The notes under the pieces are model-generated. The model was not told the DNA's origin and did no database searches. It saw only the letters and a program-made list of their open reading frames with translations. Below are positions 39,058 to 48,152 of a stretch of DNA of 64,000 nt, in pieces. Numbering within the stretch: position 1 is the stretch's first letter; each line of letters begins with the position of its first letter. The DNA is from Planctomycetota bacterium (lineage in GTDB: Bacteria; Planctomycetota; UBA8108; SXIK01), in the NCBI GenBank assembly GCA_965223845.1, contig CBDCXR010000004.1, forward strand, positions 3,872,001 to 3,936,000, given 5' to 3'. Both the position numbers and the translations under genes were made by a program.

Positions 39058-40559
39058 CCGAGGAAGCAGGGCCGCCCGTCGTACGCGAGCTCGTGCAGCC
39101 TCCGACGCCGTGGACGGCCCTCGAGCGCTGCTGCGACCTCCCGTTCGTGCTCTTTCTCGACAGCGCCGCCCGTGAGCCGGAGCGGGGACGTTACTCCTAC
39201 CTCTCTGCCGCTCCGTTCGCTGTGTTCCGGGCGCGTCGCGATGAATGGGAGCTCGCGGAGGCTCCGCGGGGCGAAGCGAGGCTGCCGTCCGACGCGTTCC
39301 GGAGCGTCCAGTACGAGGTGACTGATCGCGGCCAAGGCTCGCCGCTCGAAGCGGTTCGCGATCGCTTCCGCCGCTTTCGATCCCAAACCGCTGTTGGAGC
39401 CCCACCGTTTCAAGGCGGCGCGGCCGGCTACTTCTCGTACGATCTCGCGCATTCGCTCGAGACCCTTCCGCGCGCACGCTGGGATGAGTTCGGCACGGAC
39501 GACATCGTGCTCGGCTTCTACGATTGGACCGTCGCCTGGGATCACGACGAGGGGCGGGCCTTCGTGATCGCAAACGGTCATCCGGCGACGGGTGACGAGC
39601 GTTCCCGTTGCGCCAACGCGCGCATCGACGCGGTCGTTCGCGCTCTCGCCGACGATCGGCGACGTGATCCGCTTCCCGTCACGTCAAAGCGCATCGCGGA
39701 GTCCGACCTCGCCCCGGGTCACGCGCTTACGGGATGGGATGGCATCCGCAGCGATTTCTCGCGCGATGGCTACCTCGCCGCCGTCGAGCGGGCGATCGAA
39801 GAGATCTGCGCGGGTGAGGTATTCCAGGTGAATCTCTCGCAGCGCCTGCTCGCGCCGGAGCGGTGGCCGCCGATCGAACACTACCGCCGGCTCCGCGAGG
39901 AGAATCCGGCGCCGTTTGCCGCCTACTTTCACGCCGGCACCGCGGCGATCGCCAGCTCGTCACCGGAGCAGTTTCTGGCCGTGAACGGTCGGCGCGTGGT
40001 CACACGACCGATCAAGGGAACGCGTCCGCGCGGCCACACCGCGATGGCGGATTCGTTTCAGGGTCCGGCCCTGTTCGAAAGCGAGAAGGATCGCGCCGAA
40101 AACGTCATGATCGTCGACCTCCTGAGAAACGATCTCTCGAAGGTGTGCTCCCCGGGAAGCGTTCGCGTCCCGCGCCTCTTCGACATCGAGCGTCATCCGA
40201 CGGTCTACCACCTCGTCTCGGAAGTCGAAGGCGAGCTCCGGCCGGACGTCGATCCGTTCGACCTCGTGGCCGCCACCTTTCCCGGGGGATCGATCACCGG
40301 CGCACCGAAAGTGCGGGCGATGGAGATCATCTCGGAGCTCGAGCCCACCGCACGCGGCCCCTACTGCGGCAGCCTCGGCTGGATCGGGTTCAACGGCGAT
40401 CTGAGCACGAACATCCTCATTCGTACGGTGACGATCGCAGGCGGCTGGCTTCAGATTCCGGTGGGCGGAGGGATCGTCGCCCCCTCTCGGCCCCGAGAGG
40501 AGTACGAAGAAACACTGAACAAGGCGAAGGGAATGCTGCGCTCACTCACACCCGGCTAG
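39054..40559 (+). CDS. pabB: Aminodeoxychorismate synthase component I
   Basis: FLDSA, FQVNLSQ, SSSPEQF, PIKGT (PabB-type rather than TrpE PIAGT), ENVMIVDLLRND and FPGGSITGAPK motifs. Confidence 0.9.
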   Translation: MTEEAGPPVVRELVQPPTPWTALERCCDLPFVLFLDSAAREPERGRYSYLSAAPFAVFRARRDEWELAEAPRGEARLPSDAFRSVQYEVTDRGQGSPLEAVRDRFRRFRSQTAVGAPPFQGGAAGYFSYDLAHSLETLPRARWDEFGTDDIVLGFYDWTVAWDHDEGRAFVIANGHPATGDERSRCANARIDAVVRALADDRRRDPLPVTSKRIAESDLAPGHALTGWDGIRSDFSRDGYLAAVERAIEEICAGEVFQVNLSQRLLAPERWPPIEHYRRLREENPAPFAAYFHAGTAAIASSSPEQFLAVNGRRVVTRPIKGTRPRGHTAMADSFQGPALFESEKDRAENVMIVDLLRNDLSKVCSPGSVRVPRLFDIERHPTVYHLVSEVEGELRPDVDPFDLVAATFPGGSITGAPKVRAMEIISELEPTARGPYCGSLGWIGFNGDLSTNILIRTVTIAGGWLQIPVGGGIVAPSRPREEYEETLNKAKGMLRSLTPG

Positions 40560-40968
40560 CCCGAACGAAGTGCGATGTCCGGGTCTGGCTAGAAAAAAGC
40601 GACGACTGAACCTTGAACGTGCAGGGAGCGGTCCGGTAGATTTGTACTTAATCTTCGCCTCCGAGGAGGTGGGATTCCCGGGTGCAGTTTCAGGACCAGC
40701 GGTCGCTATCGGCCAGGCGTATGTTCGTCATACGTCGATTCCCATTGCGGGACGGTGGCTAGTTGCGGTCGGATTCTGACACTCAAGGGAGCTCACTACC
40801 AAGAGCGGTGACCAAGTCAACGGGTTGCTCGCTCTGATTCGAGGCAACGGTTGCGGGGTTGGGCGTTGTAGTCCGAGGCAGTGCATCGGCCCGGTCGAGC
40901 CGGACGGGACGACCGGCGGTTGATTCACAGAGACGGCGCTCCACGGCGCAAAGAAAGCAGGTAGAGGC

Positions 40969-41616
40969 ATGAAGCGTATCGCCCTTTCAGGGCTCTTGGT
41001 CGCGCTCAGTGCGACGCTCGCCCATTCGGCCGAGTTCGATTTCTCGGCGATCACCGCCAACGACCCTTCGGGAAACGCGCAGGCAGCCGCCGAAGCGCAG
41101 CTCAAGCTGATCGTCACCGAGACACCGGCGGGTCAGGTTCTCTTCACGTTCCAGAACAACGGTCCCGAAGCGATGTTCATCGCGGACATCTACTTCGACG
41201 ACAATGCAGGTGTCCTCGATTCGCTCGTCGGCATCGACAATTCGGATCCCGGCGTCAACTTCACCACAACAGGTGCGCCACCGAATCTGCCCTCCGGGAA
41301 CACGGTCGGGTTCGCTTCCGACTACGATGTTCACGCGAGTAATCCTTCGGCGACTCACGGCGTCAACCCGGGCGAGTCCGTCGGAGTGCTCTTCGATCTC
41401 GCTCCCGGCATGTCTCTCAACGACGTCGTGATGGCGATCGGGAACGGCTCGCTCCTCGTGGGAGTTCACGTGCAGGGGTTCGCCGGCGGATTCAGTGAGA
41501 GCCTCATCGCGACGCCGGAACCCGCCACCGTGGCACTCGCCCTAGTGGCGCTCGCGATCGGCGGAGTCTTCGCTTATCGGCGCCGTCGCGAACTAGCGCT
41601 GGTCGGGGCCCGATAA
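40969..41616 (+). CDS. PEP-CTERM-type sorted surface protein
   Basis: Signal peptide; Asn/Gly/Thr-rich body; C-terminal TPEPATVALALVALAIGGVFAYRRRR. Confidence 0.85.
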   Translation: MKRIALSGLLVALSATLAHSAEFDFSAITANDPSGNAQAAAEAQLKLIVTETPAGQVLFTFQNNGPEAMFIADIYFDDNAGVLDSLVGIDNSDPGVNFTTTGAPPNLPSGNTVGFASDYDVHASNPSATHGVNPGESVGVLFDLAPGMSLNDVVMAIGNGSLLVGVHVQGFAGGFSESLIATPEPATVALALVALAIGGVFAYRRRRELALVGAR

Positions 41617-41666
41617 TCTCCACCGGTTCCCCGGTCGGGCGCCGCCGCGCGGCGCTGAAGATCGCG

Positions 41667-41710
41667 AGGGGCGGTGCGACACGCTCGAGTGTCGCACCGC
41701 CCCTTTTTTT
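41667..41710 (+). terminator. Rho-independent terminator after the PEP-CTERM gene
   Basis: 16-bp stem AGGGGCGGTGCGACAC / GTGTCGCACCGCCCCT with a 6-nt loop, followed by a T run. Confidence 0.85.
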
Positions 41711-42028
41711 GTTTCCGACGCACGGATTCCGCCAGCGCCGGCGGACTCGCCCGAGTCGCGTCGCCGGTTCCCGAGCCCCGAGGTTGCCTCAGGGGAATCC
41801 CGATTCGGACTGCGATTCGCATCGCGTTCTACTACGCGCGAGCCGAATGCGGCTTAGGACGACAGCGCCGCCGTCCGAAGACAACCAATACGGCCACTCG
41901 ACTACCGGGTCGGAGATGGTACGCCCGATCGTCCACCGCGGGTGAGCCACGACGCCTGTCGGTCGAGGACGAGGGGCTGCCGATAAGGTTCGGTGGATCG
42001 ACCTCTAGACTCGCGAGGGAACCGCCCC

Positions 42029-45000
42029 ATGAAGGCGCGCATCATCGTTCTCGTTCTGTTCATCGCAGCGATCGCTGCGGTTCCTCTCTACATCCTTCGC
42101 GACACTCACGAGGCTCGGCTGCGGCGCTGGCGAGAAGCCTCGCGCTTCTTCTTCCAGGACCTCGGCGATCTCCGCATCGCGGACGAGCTCAATCGGCGCG
42201 TGCTCGAGCTCCTCCCGAAGTCGTCGATCGACCGTTACATCCGCGCTCTGATCCTCGAGCGCCGAGGGACGACGAACGATCTACGCCAGTCCCTCGCCCT
42301 CTTCGAGGAGCTCGCGCAGCCCGGAGGAGGCGGCACGCCGACGATTCGGCTCCATCAGGCGCGGATCTACCGGAAGCTGGGCGACTACTACCGCGCTCAG
42401 GGAGCAGCCGTGAGCGTGATCGATCACGCGCCGTTCGAAGCCACGCTCGACATGGGGCTGACGAGCCTCAGCGCTCTTTCTCCGCAGAGCGCACTCGTCT
42501 TCTTTCGCCGCGCCAAGTCGCAGTTTGCGAAGACCGACGCCCACCGCGCTCTCGTCGACAGTTGGATCGCCAAAGCTCACGCGCAGCGTCTCGAGATCGA
42601 GGCCATGACGTCGGACGAGGAGCGCGAGCGCGTTCGCGGTGAAGTCCGCGCCGCCTACGCGTCCGCTCGCCGGCATGCTCGAAACGTCGCGGAGACATTC
42701 AGTCAACCGGACCACTACTTCTGGCTCGCGACGCTCGCAGAGTCGCAGTCGGAGTGGGCGGCACCGGGCGAGACACCTCTCCTCGACACTCTTCGGCTGG
42801 TCGAGGTTGCCGCGAGCGACAAGCCGAACGAGTTCGCCGCCTCGAAGTCGTTTCAGCTTCGGCTGGGATCTCTACTCCTCAAGGCCGCGTGGAAGGAAGT
42901 TGATTCAGCGCCGGAGACCGAGGGTTACACGAAGTCGAGCCTCGAGGAGAGGGGCGTCCGCAGTCTCCTCGGGGCGATCGACGGCTTACCCGCATCCGAA
43001 GGCGCCGAGCTCGTCCGCTTCGACCCGAGCGACGAATTCCGCGAGAACCTCGAATCGACGGACATCCGAGAAAGCGAGCGCCACGAGAAGTGGCGAAACT
43101 ACGTCCTCAGCATGATCGCGATCTCGAAGCTGTTTCTCCTCTCGCCCGATCACGAGCGGCTGCTCGCGGACGACTCGGCGCTCGCGCTCGCCGATCGGGT
43201 CGCGGATGCCGGAGAAGCGACGGACCGAGAGGTCGCCGACATCTTCACTCTCGTTCGCGCATTCGGGTTCTTGAAGGCAGGTCGCGGGGATGAGGCGGAT
43301 GCGCTTTTCCAGCGCTACATCGACGTCCGCGAACCGGATGAACGGCCGCTCGGATACGTTCTCCTCGCCGAACAGACCGCACACGTCTTCCCCTCCGAAG
43401 GTCGCGTCCTGCGCTTCCTCGATGCATTCGACACGGCGATCGCCGATCCCCTCGCGTTTCTCGACCGCCGGCTTCGCCTCCTCGTCGCGGCCGCGAACGA
43501 CGCCGTTCTCTCCGGTGAAGCACGACCACGACTCAAACGAACGATCGCAAGCGCGTCTGCGGCGGCGAAGTCGCTCTCGGAGGTGCGAAGTCTCGTACAA
43601 GTGCTTCGCAACATCGGCCGCACGGACGACGCGATCGCGCTGGTCGAACGCGCACAGAACGCGTCGCCGGACAATCCTTCGCTCGCTCTCCTCCTCGGTG
43701 AGCTTCTCGGAGAGAAGTTCCGCGCGAGGACCGCCGGGCGCGACGAGACCGTGCGCGTGCTCAAAGGGTATCTCCGGCTGTTCCTCGAGCGACCCGGTCG
43801 ATCGGCCGCGCTGCTCCCGCATCTGCAGGATGTCCTCCGCTACGCGCGGCTGACGATTCCGGGCCTCGCCCTCGAAGAAGTCCTGAAGGACCGATACCCG
43901 GCGGCGGAGGCCGCTTCGCTCGCCTCCTTCGGTCTCGTCGTAAGCGCGTTCCTCGAGCAGGATTTTTCGGCTGCGCTCGCGCTCGTCGAACGCATCGGTG
44001 ACCGTACGCCCTTCGACCCGATGCTCGGATTCATCGAGGCGTCGAGCCTGCTTCAAACCGCACGCCGGACGGCGAACGGCGATCAACGTGCGAGTCTCAC
44101 CGAGAGAGCGAAGCAGAAATTCGAAGCGACCCGCGCGCTTGCCGCGAGTCGCCTCGAGCTCGTTCAACTGCGTCTCGCCGCCGCCGTGGCGAGCAATCAG
44201 GTGACGGCGGAGCTCGTCAGCGATCTTCGCCGGGAGCTGAAGGAGATCGCGATTCCGTTCCAATCGAACTGGCTGCTCGCGCAGACCCTCGATGCGTACT
44301 CGAACACTCTCGTCCGAGAAGGCCGCGTGGGGACTCCGGAGGGGACGGCGATTCTCGACGAGCTCGTGACCACCGCCCGCGCGACGATCCAGGCGCGCCC
44401 GAGCTTCAGCGCGGGGTACCCCCTCCTCGCGAGCGCTCTCGTGCGGGGCGCGGAACAGAAGCGCGCCGCGCTTCTCACCGGTGAGGACCGTGCACTCTAC
44501 GCGCGGGCGTCGGCGATCGTTCGCTCGGCACCGCTGCTCACCCCGGTCGCGGTCACTCGCCTCGCGCGCTACGCCGATCGGATCGGAGACTCCGAATCGG
44601 CGCGCCGGTATCTCGTCGCCCTCGGAACGATCCACCCGACGGAGGCGCTGCTGCGGAGCATCGTCGAGCTCTCCGTCCGCACGGGTCGCGCACCGGAGGT
44701 GAGACGACTCCTCGCCGACGAGTTCGATCGCGCGGCGACGGCTCCCCTCAAGGAGGCCCAGGAATCGCTCGTTCAGCGGGTAGGCGCCGCAACCGAGTCG
44801 AGTCGCTTCGAGGAATCGTGGCGCGCCGTTCTCGCGCTCGTCGCCGAGGCGGAGGCGAGCTCCGAGTGGGCCGGGGTCTTCCCGACGATCCTCCGCGGGA
44901 AATTCTCGCCGCATCCGTGGTTCGAACCGTCGCGCCTCGCTCTCCTCGCGCAGGTCTACGTCGAAGAGAACCGGTCGACTCCCCGCGAGGATCTCCGCAA

Positions 45001-45457
45001 TCGCATCTTCGGGTACTTCGAGCGCGCCGTCGCCGCATTCGAATCTCGGGGCCCGGTTCCGATCGGACTCCTCAACAACTACGCGTGGGAACTCTCCGCC
45101 GACCCGTCGACCGAGCGCCGCGAACTCGCGGTGAACATAGCGAAGACGGCACTCGATCTTTCCGCCGAGCTCCGTTCCCGCGGCACCGTGCACGACACCT
45201 ACGCCTGGTCACTCTACAAGGTCGGCCGCCTCGAAGACTCGGAGCGCGAGTACGAGCGACTCCTCGAGTTCGACGACCGCCCCGTCTTCCGCTTCCATCT
45301 CGCGACCGTTCTCTACGATCTCGGTGAGTATCGCCGCGCACAGGAGCACGTTCAGGCGCTCGAAGGGAGCGTCGACGGAATCGACTTCGACCTCGAGCTC
45401 GAGTCGCTCCGGCGAAAGCTCTTCTCGAAAATGCGCGAGGAGCGCGAGCTCGAATAG
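42029..45457 (+). CDS. Large membrane-anchored TPR protein
   Basis: N-terminal TM; all-helical TPR-like repeats; C-terminal LNNYAWEL...DTYAWSLYKVG...FHLA TPR. Confidence 0.75.
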   Translation: MKARIIVLVLFIAAIAAVPLYILRDTHEARLRRWREASRFFFQDLGDLRIADELNRRVLELLPKSSIDRYIRALILERRGTTNDLRQSLALFEELAQPGGGGTPTIRLHQARIYRKLGDYYRAQGAAVSVIDHAPFEATLDMGLTSLSALSPQSALVFFRRAKSQFAKTDAHRALVDSWIAKAHAQRLEIEAMTSDEERERVRGEVRAAYASARRHARNVAETFSQPDHYFWLATLAESQSEWAAPGETPLLDTLRLVEVAASDKPNEFAASKSFQLRLGSLLLKAAWKEVDSAPETEGYTKSSLEERGVRSLLGAIDGLPASEGAELVRFDPSDEFRENLESTDIRESERHEKWRNYVLSMIAISKLFLLSPDHERLLADDSALALADRVADAGEATDREVADIFTLVRAFGFLKAGRGDEADALFQRYIDVREPDERPLGYVLLAEQTAHVFPSEGRVLRFLDAFDTAIADPLAFLDRRLRLLVAAANDAVLSGEARPRLKRTIASASAAAKSLSEVRSLVQVLRNIGRTDDAIALVERAQNASPDNPSLALLLGELLGEKFRARTAGRDETVRVLKGYLRLFLERPGRSAALLPHLQDVLRYARLTIPGLALEEVLKDRYPAAEAASLASFGLVVSAFLEQDFSAALALVERIGDRTPFDPMLGFIEASSLLQTARRTANGDQRASLTERAKQKFEATRALAASRLELVQLRLAAAVASNQVTAELVSDLRRELKEIAIPFQSNWLLAQTLDAYSNTLVREGRVGTPEGTAILDELVTTARATIQARPSFSAGYPLLASALVRGAEQKRAALLTGEDRALYARASAIVRSAPLLTPVAVTRLARYADRIGDSESARRYLVALGTIHPTEALLRSIVELSVRTGRAPEVRRLLADEFDRAATAPLKEAQESLVQRVGAATESSRFEESWRAVLALVAEAEASSEWAGVFPTILRGKFSPHPWFEPSRLALLAQVYVEENRSTPREDLRNRIFGYFERAVAAFESRGPVPIGLLNNYAWELSADPSTERRELAVNIAKTALDLSAELRSRGTVHDTYAWSLYKVGRLEDSEREYERLLEFDDRPVFRFHLATVLYDLGEYRRAQEHVQALEGSVDGIDFDLELESLRRKLFSKMREERELE

Positions 45458-45523
45458 GACCGAGCGATTCTCGGCTCGGCGATTCGCTCGGCAATGCAGC
45501 CCCGAGCGGAAGAACGACCGCGC

Positions 45524-46630
45524 TCACTCGGGAGACTCTCTCCCCCCGAGGAGTTCGTCGACGAGTGCGGCGTACCGCTCGCCGGCTCGCTCCCACGTGT
45601 AGCTTCGGCTCCGTTCGAGTCCGCGATCACGCAGCTCCCGGCGGAGATCCGCGTCCCGGATGATTCGGTCGATGGCGCCAGTGAGTCCGGAGACGTCGCA
45701 CGGGTCGACCGAGAGTGCGGCTTCTCCGCAGACTTCGGGGAGACTCGCCGCCGACGAGGCGACGACCGGGCAGCCGCTCGCCATCGCTTCGATGACCGGA
45801 AGCCCGAACCCTTCGTAGAGGCTCGGGAACACGAACGCGAGCGCGCGACGATAGAGCGCGGCGAGCTCCTCGTCGCTCTGGGATCCGAGAAGACGAACGC
45901 CGGGCGTCGTCTCGGCTAGACGTCTCGTCTCCGAGCGGCGGTGGCAGTCGAGTTCCGAACCGACGATCCAGAGCTCCGTCTGCGTGTGATCGAGCCGAGC
46001 GTAGGCGCGGATCAGCCGCGCGAGATTCTTCCTCGGATCGAGGGAGCCCACCGCAAGTAGATATGACCCGTTCTCGGCCGGCGATGAGCTCTCGGCCGCT
46101 CGACGAAATAGTGCCGACACTCCACAGGGAATCACGTGAAGCCGTGATGAGTCGACGCCAGCGAGCGCGGAGATCTCACGGCGCGAAAACTCGCTGTCCG
46201 TGACGACAGCGAGCGCCCGGCGCGCGACACGCGGGACGAGGCGGCGGTACACGGCGACGAAGCGGCGCGAGAACCACTCGGGGTGGCGGAGAAACGATAC
46301 GTCATGAAGCGTGAGAACTTGGTGCGGATACCGTAAGGGCCCGGTGTTCCCGAGGCCGACGAGGAGCGGATTCCCCGCGCGCCCGAGCGCTCGAGGAATC
46401 GCGCATTGCTCCCAAACGTGGCCCGCTCCCCCGCCGACGGCGTCGAGCGGTAAGGGTCTCGCACGCGCGTCGAGCTTCGCGGCGGCGCGCCGAGGTATCC
46501 AGACCCGCACGCCTCGCACGCGCTCTGAGAGCTCACACGAGAGCTCGAACGCATAACGCTGGACGCCCGTTCGACGCTGCGCGAGGAACCGGCCGTTCAC
46601 CACGACGCGCGGGGGATCGTCACCGAACAT
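45524..46630 (-). CDS. Glycosyltransferase family 4 (GT-B)
   Basis: TGVQRY, HDVSF, PRKNL and FPSLYEGFGLPVIEAMASGCPV motifs. Confidence 0.92.
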   Translation of the reverse strand: MFGDDPPRVVVNGRFLAQRRTGVQRYAFELSCELSERVRGVRVWIPRRAAAKLDARARPLPLDAVGGGAGHVWEQCAIPRALGRAGNPLLVGLGNTGPLRYPHQVLTLHDVSFLRHPEWFSRRFVAVYRRLVPRVARRALAVVTDSEFSRREISALAGVDSSRLHVIPCGVSALFRRAAESSSPAENGSYLLAVGSLDPRKNLARLIRAYARLDHTQTELWIVGSELDCHRRSETRRLAETTPGVRLLGSQSDEELAALYRRALAFVFPSLYEGFGLPVIEAMASGCPVVASSAASLPEVCGEAALSVDPCDVSGLTGAIDRIIRDADLRRELRDRGLERSRSYTWERAGERYAALVDELLGGRESPE

Positions 46631-46725
46631 CGCGTCCAAGCTCCGAGACGTTCGCTTGAAGGTCGCGTGGGCAGAGAAGAGAATAGGCTCCTTCCTCACC
46701 AGCCGATTCGCCAAGGAGAAGAACC

Positions 46726-47988
46726 ATGCGCCGAGCCTCTCTCTTCATCGCTCCTCTTGCCGCTTTATTCTTCGTCACCACGCCGCCGTCGAACGCGAAC
46801 GATCACGGTCCCGGCGAGTGGGTCTCGCTTTTCAATGGAACGGATCTGACCGGGTGGACGGCCGCGAAGCCGCGATCGAGAGCGGAGAATCAGAAGAAGA
46901 ACACGTGGAAGGTCGACGCTGGCACGCTCACGAACGGCGCCAAAGGGCAAAACGATCTTTGCACGACCGCGGAGTTCGACAACTACGAGCTCGAGATCGA
47001 GTACAAGATCAACGAACGCGGAAACAGCGGTGTCTACCTCCGCGGCCAGATCGAGATCCAGATCTTCGACAGTTGGAAAAAGAAGGACGAAGAGCTGAAA
47101 TCCGTAGACGCTGGCGCGATCTACGGCGGCAACTTCGTCGCGCTCAAGAACGCGCAGAAGCCGGTCGGCGAGTGGAATCAGTACCGCGTTCTCCACGTGG
47201 GCCATCGCATCACTGTCTGGCACAACGGAGTTCTCATCCAGGACAACGTCTACGCTGACTCGAAGACGGGCGGGGCGATGACGGAAACGCCGGGCGGGCG
47301 AAAGCTCGAGACGGACCGCGGTCCTCTCATGCTCCAGGGCGACCACGAACACGTCTGGTACCGGAACATTCGCGTCCGCCCCGTGTGCAGCCCCGGCGCT
47401 GGCTGGCGCGCGATCTGGAACGGCGCCGACGACAACGCGGACCTTTCCGCGTTCACCGCCAAAGGAAACGATCAGCGCCTCGCCGAAGGCTGGAAGGTCG
47501 CCGATCGCGCGTTCTACAACGCGAAGTGGGGCGGTGAAAAGGGCGGTCACGGCTTCGACATCTGGACCAAAGAGAACTTCGGGAACTTCATCGCCTACTA
47601 CGCCTACAAGAGCAACTCGAAGACGGAAGGCGGAAACAGCGGGTTCTACCTGCGAGACCAGTGGGAGATCCAGATCTTCAAGGACAGCAGCCTCACGGAC
47701 AAGCACCGCGACGGCGCGCTCTACTCGATCTATCCCCCGGTCGCACTCGCTCGCCACGGCGAGGAACAGTGGAATCACGTGTTCGTGAAGCTGAACAACA
47801 TGAAGATCTGGGTCTGGCAGAACGGGAAGTTGATTCACGACGGGAGGATCTGTCCCCGGCGCACGGACAGCGGAAAACCGACGACGGCGTTCCACCGCGC
47901 GCCATTCAAGATCCAAGGCGACCACGGCCAGGTGCACTTCTCGAACATCTGGATCAAGGAGCTGCCGGACACGAAGCACGCGGACTGA
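46726..47988 (+). CDS. Exported tandem DUF1080 (3-keto-disaccharide hydrolase-like) protein
   Basis: Signal peptide; LFNGTDLTGW, GNSGVYLRG.EIQI and LQGDH...YRNI, with a second copy of the domain following. Confidence 0.88.
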   Translation: MRRASLFIAPLAALFFVTTPPSNANDHGPGEWVSLFNGTDLTGWTAAKPRSRAENQKKNTWKVDAGTLTNGAKGQNDLCTTAEFDNYELEIEYKINERGNSGVYLRGQIEIQIFDSWKKKDEELKSVDAGAIYGGNFVALKNAQKPVGEWNQYRVLHVGHRITVWHNGVLIQDNVYADSKTGGAMTETPGGRKLETDRGPLMLQGDHEHVWYRNIRVRPVCSPGAGWRAIWNGADDNADLSAFTAKGNDQRLAEGWKVADRAFYNAKWGGEKGGHGFDIWTKENFGNFIAYYAYKSNSKTEGGNSGFYLRDQWEIQIFKDSSLTDKHRDGALYSIYPPVALARHGEEQWNHVFVKLNNMKIWVWQNGKLIHDGRICPRRTDSGKPTTAFHRAPFKIQGDHGQVHFSNIWIKELPDTKHAD

Positions 47989-48152
47989 GAGCGCGCTCGA
48001 GCGCCGAGAAAGCGCGTCGCACCGGAAACGCCCTCGCTCAGATTCGAAGCCGTGCGGAAGACCGGCTCGCCCGGGTGAAGCCGCCGTCGCTCCGCCGTGC
48101 CCGTGCCGAAGTTTCGCGGTCGGGGCTTCGCGAAAGCCTCAAGGGAAGGTCG

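Noticed and set aside
40585-40601. CTGGCTAGAAAAAAGCG with GG-N10-GC spacing before the PEP-CTERM gene
   Set aside because: Poor match to TGGCAC and TTGC; not enough to call a sigma-54 promoter.
8241-43638. Frequent GCGATCGC (HIP1-like; e.g. 8241, 11696, 14902, 18997, 43631) and other TCGA/CGATCG palindromes
   Set aside because: Plausibly explained by codon usage (GCG-ATC-GCN, CTC-GAG, GTC-GAC). A codon-aware Markov test is needed to claim enrichment, and I could not run one.
42986-45193. 735-aa minus-strand ORF
   Set aside because: Antisense shadow of the TPR gene.
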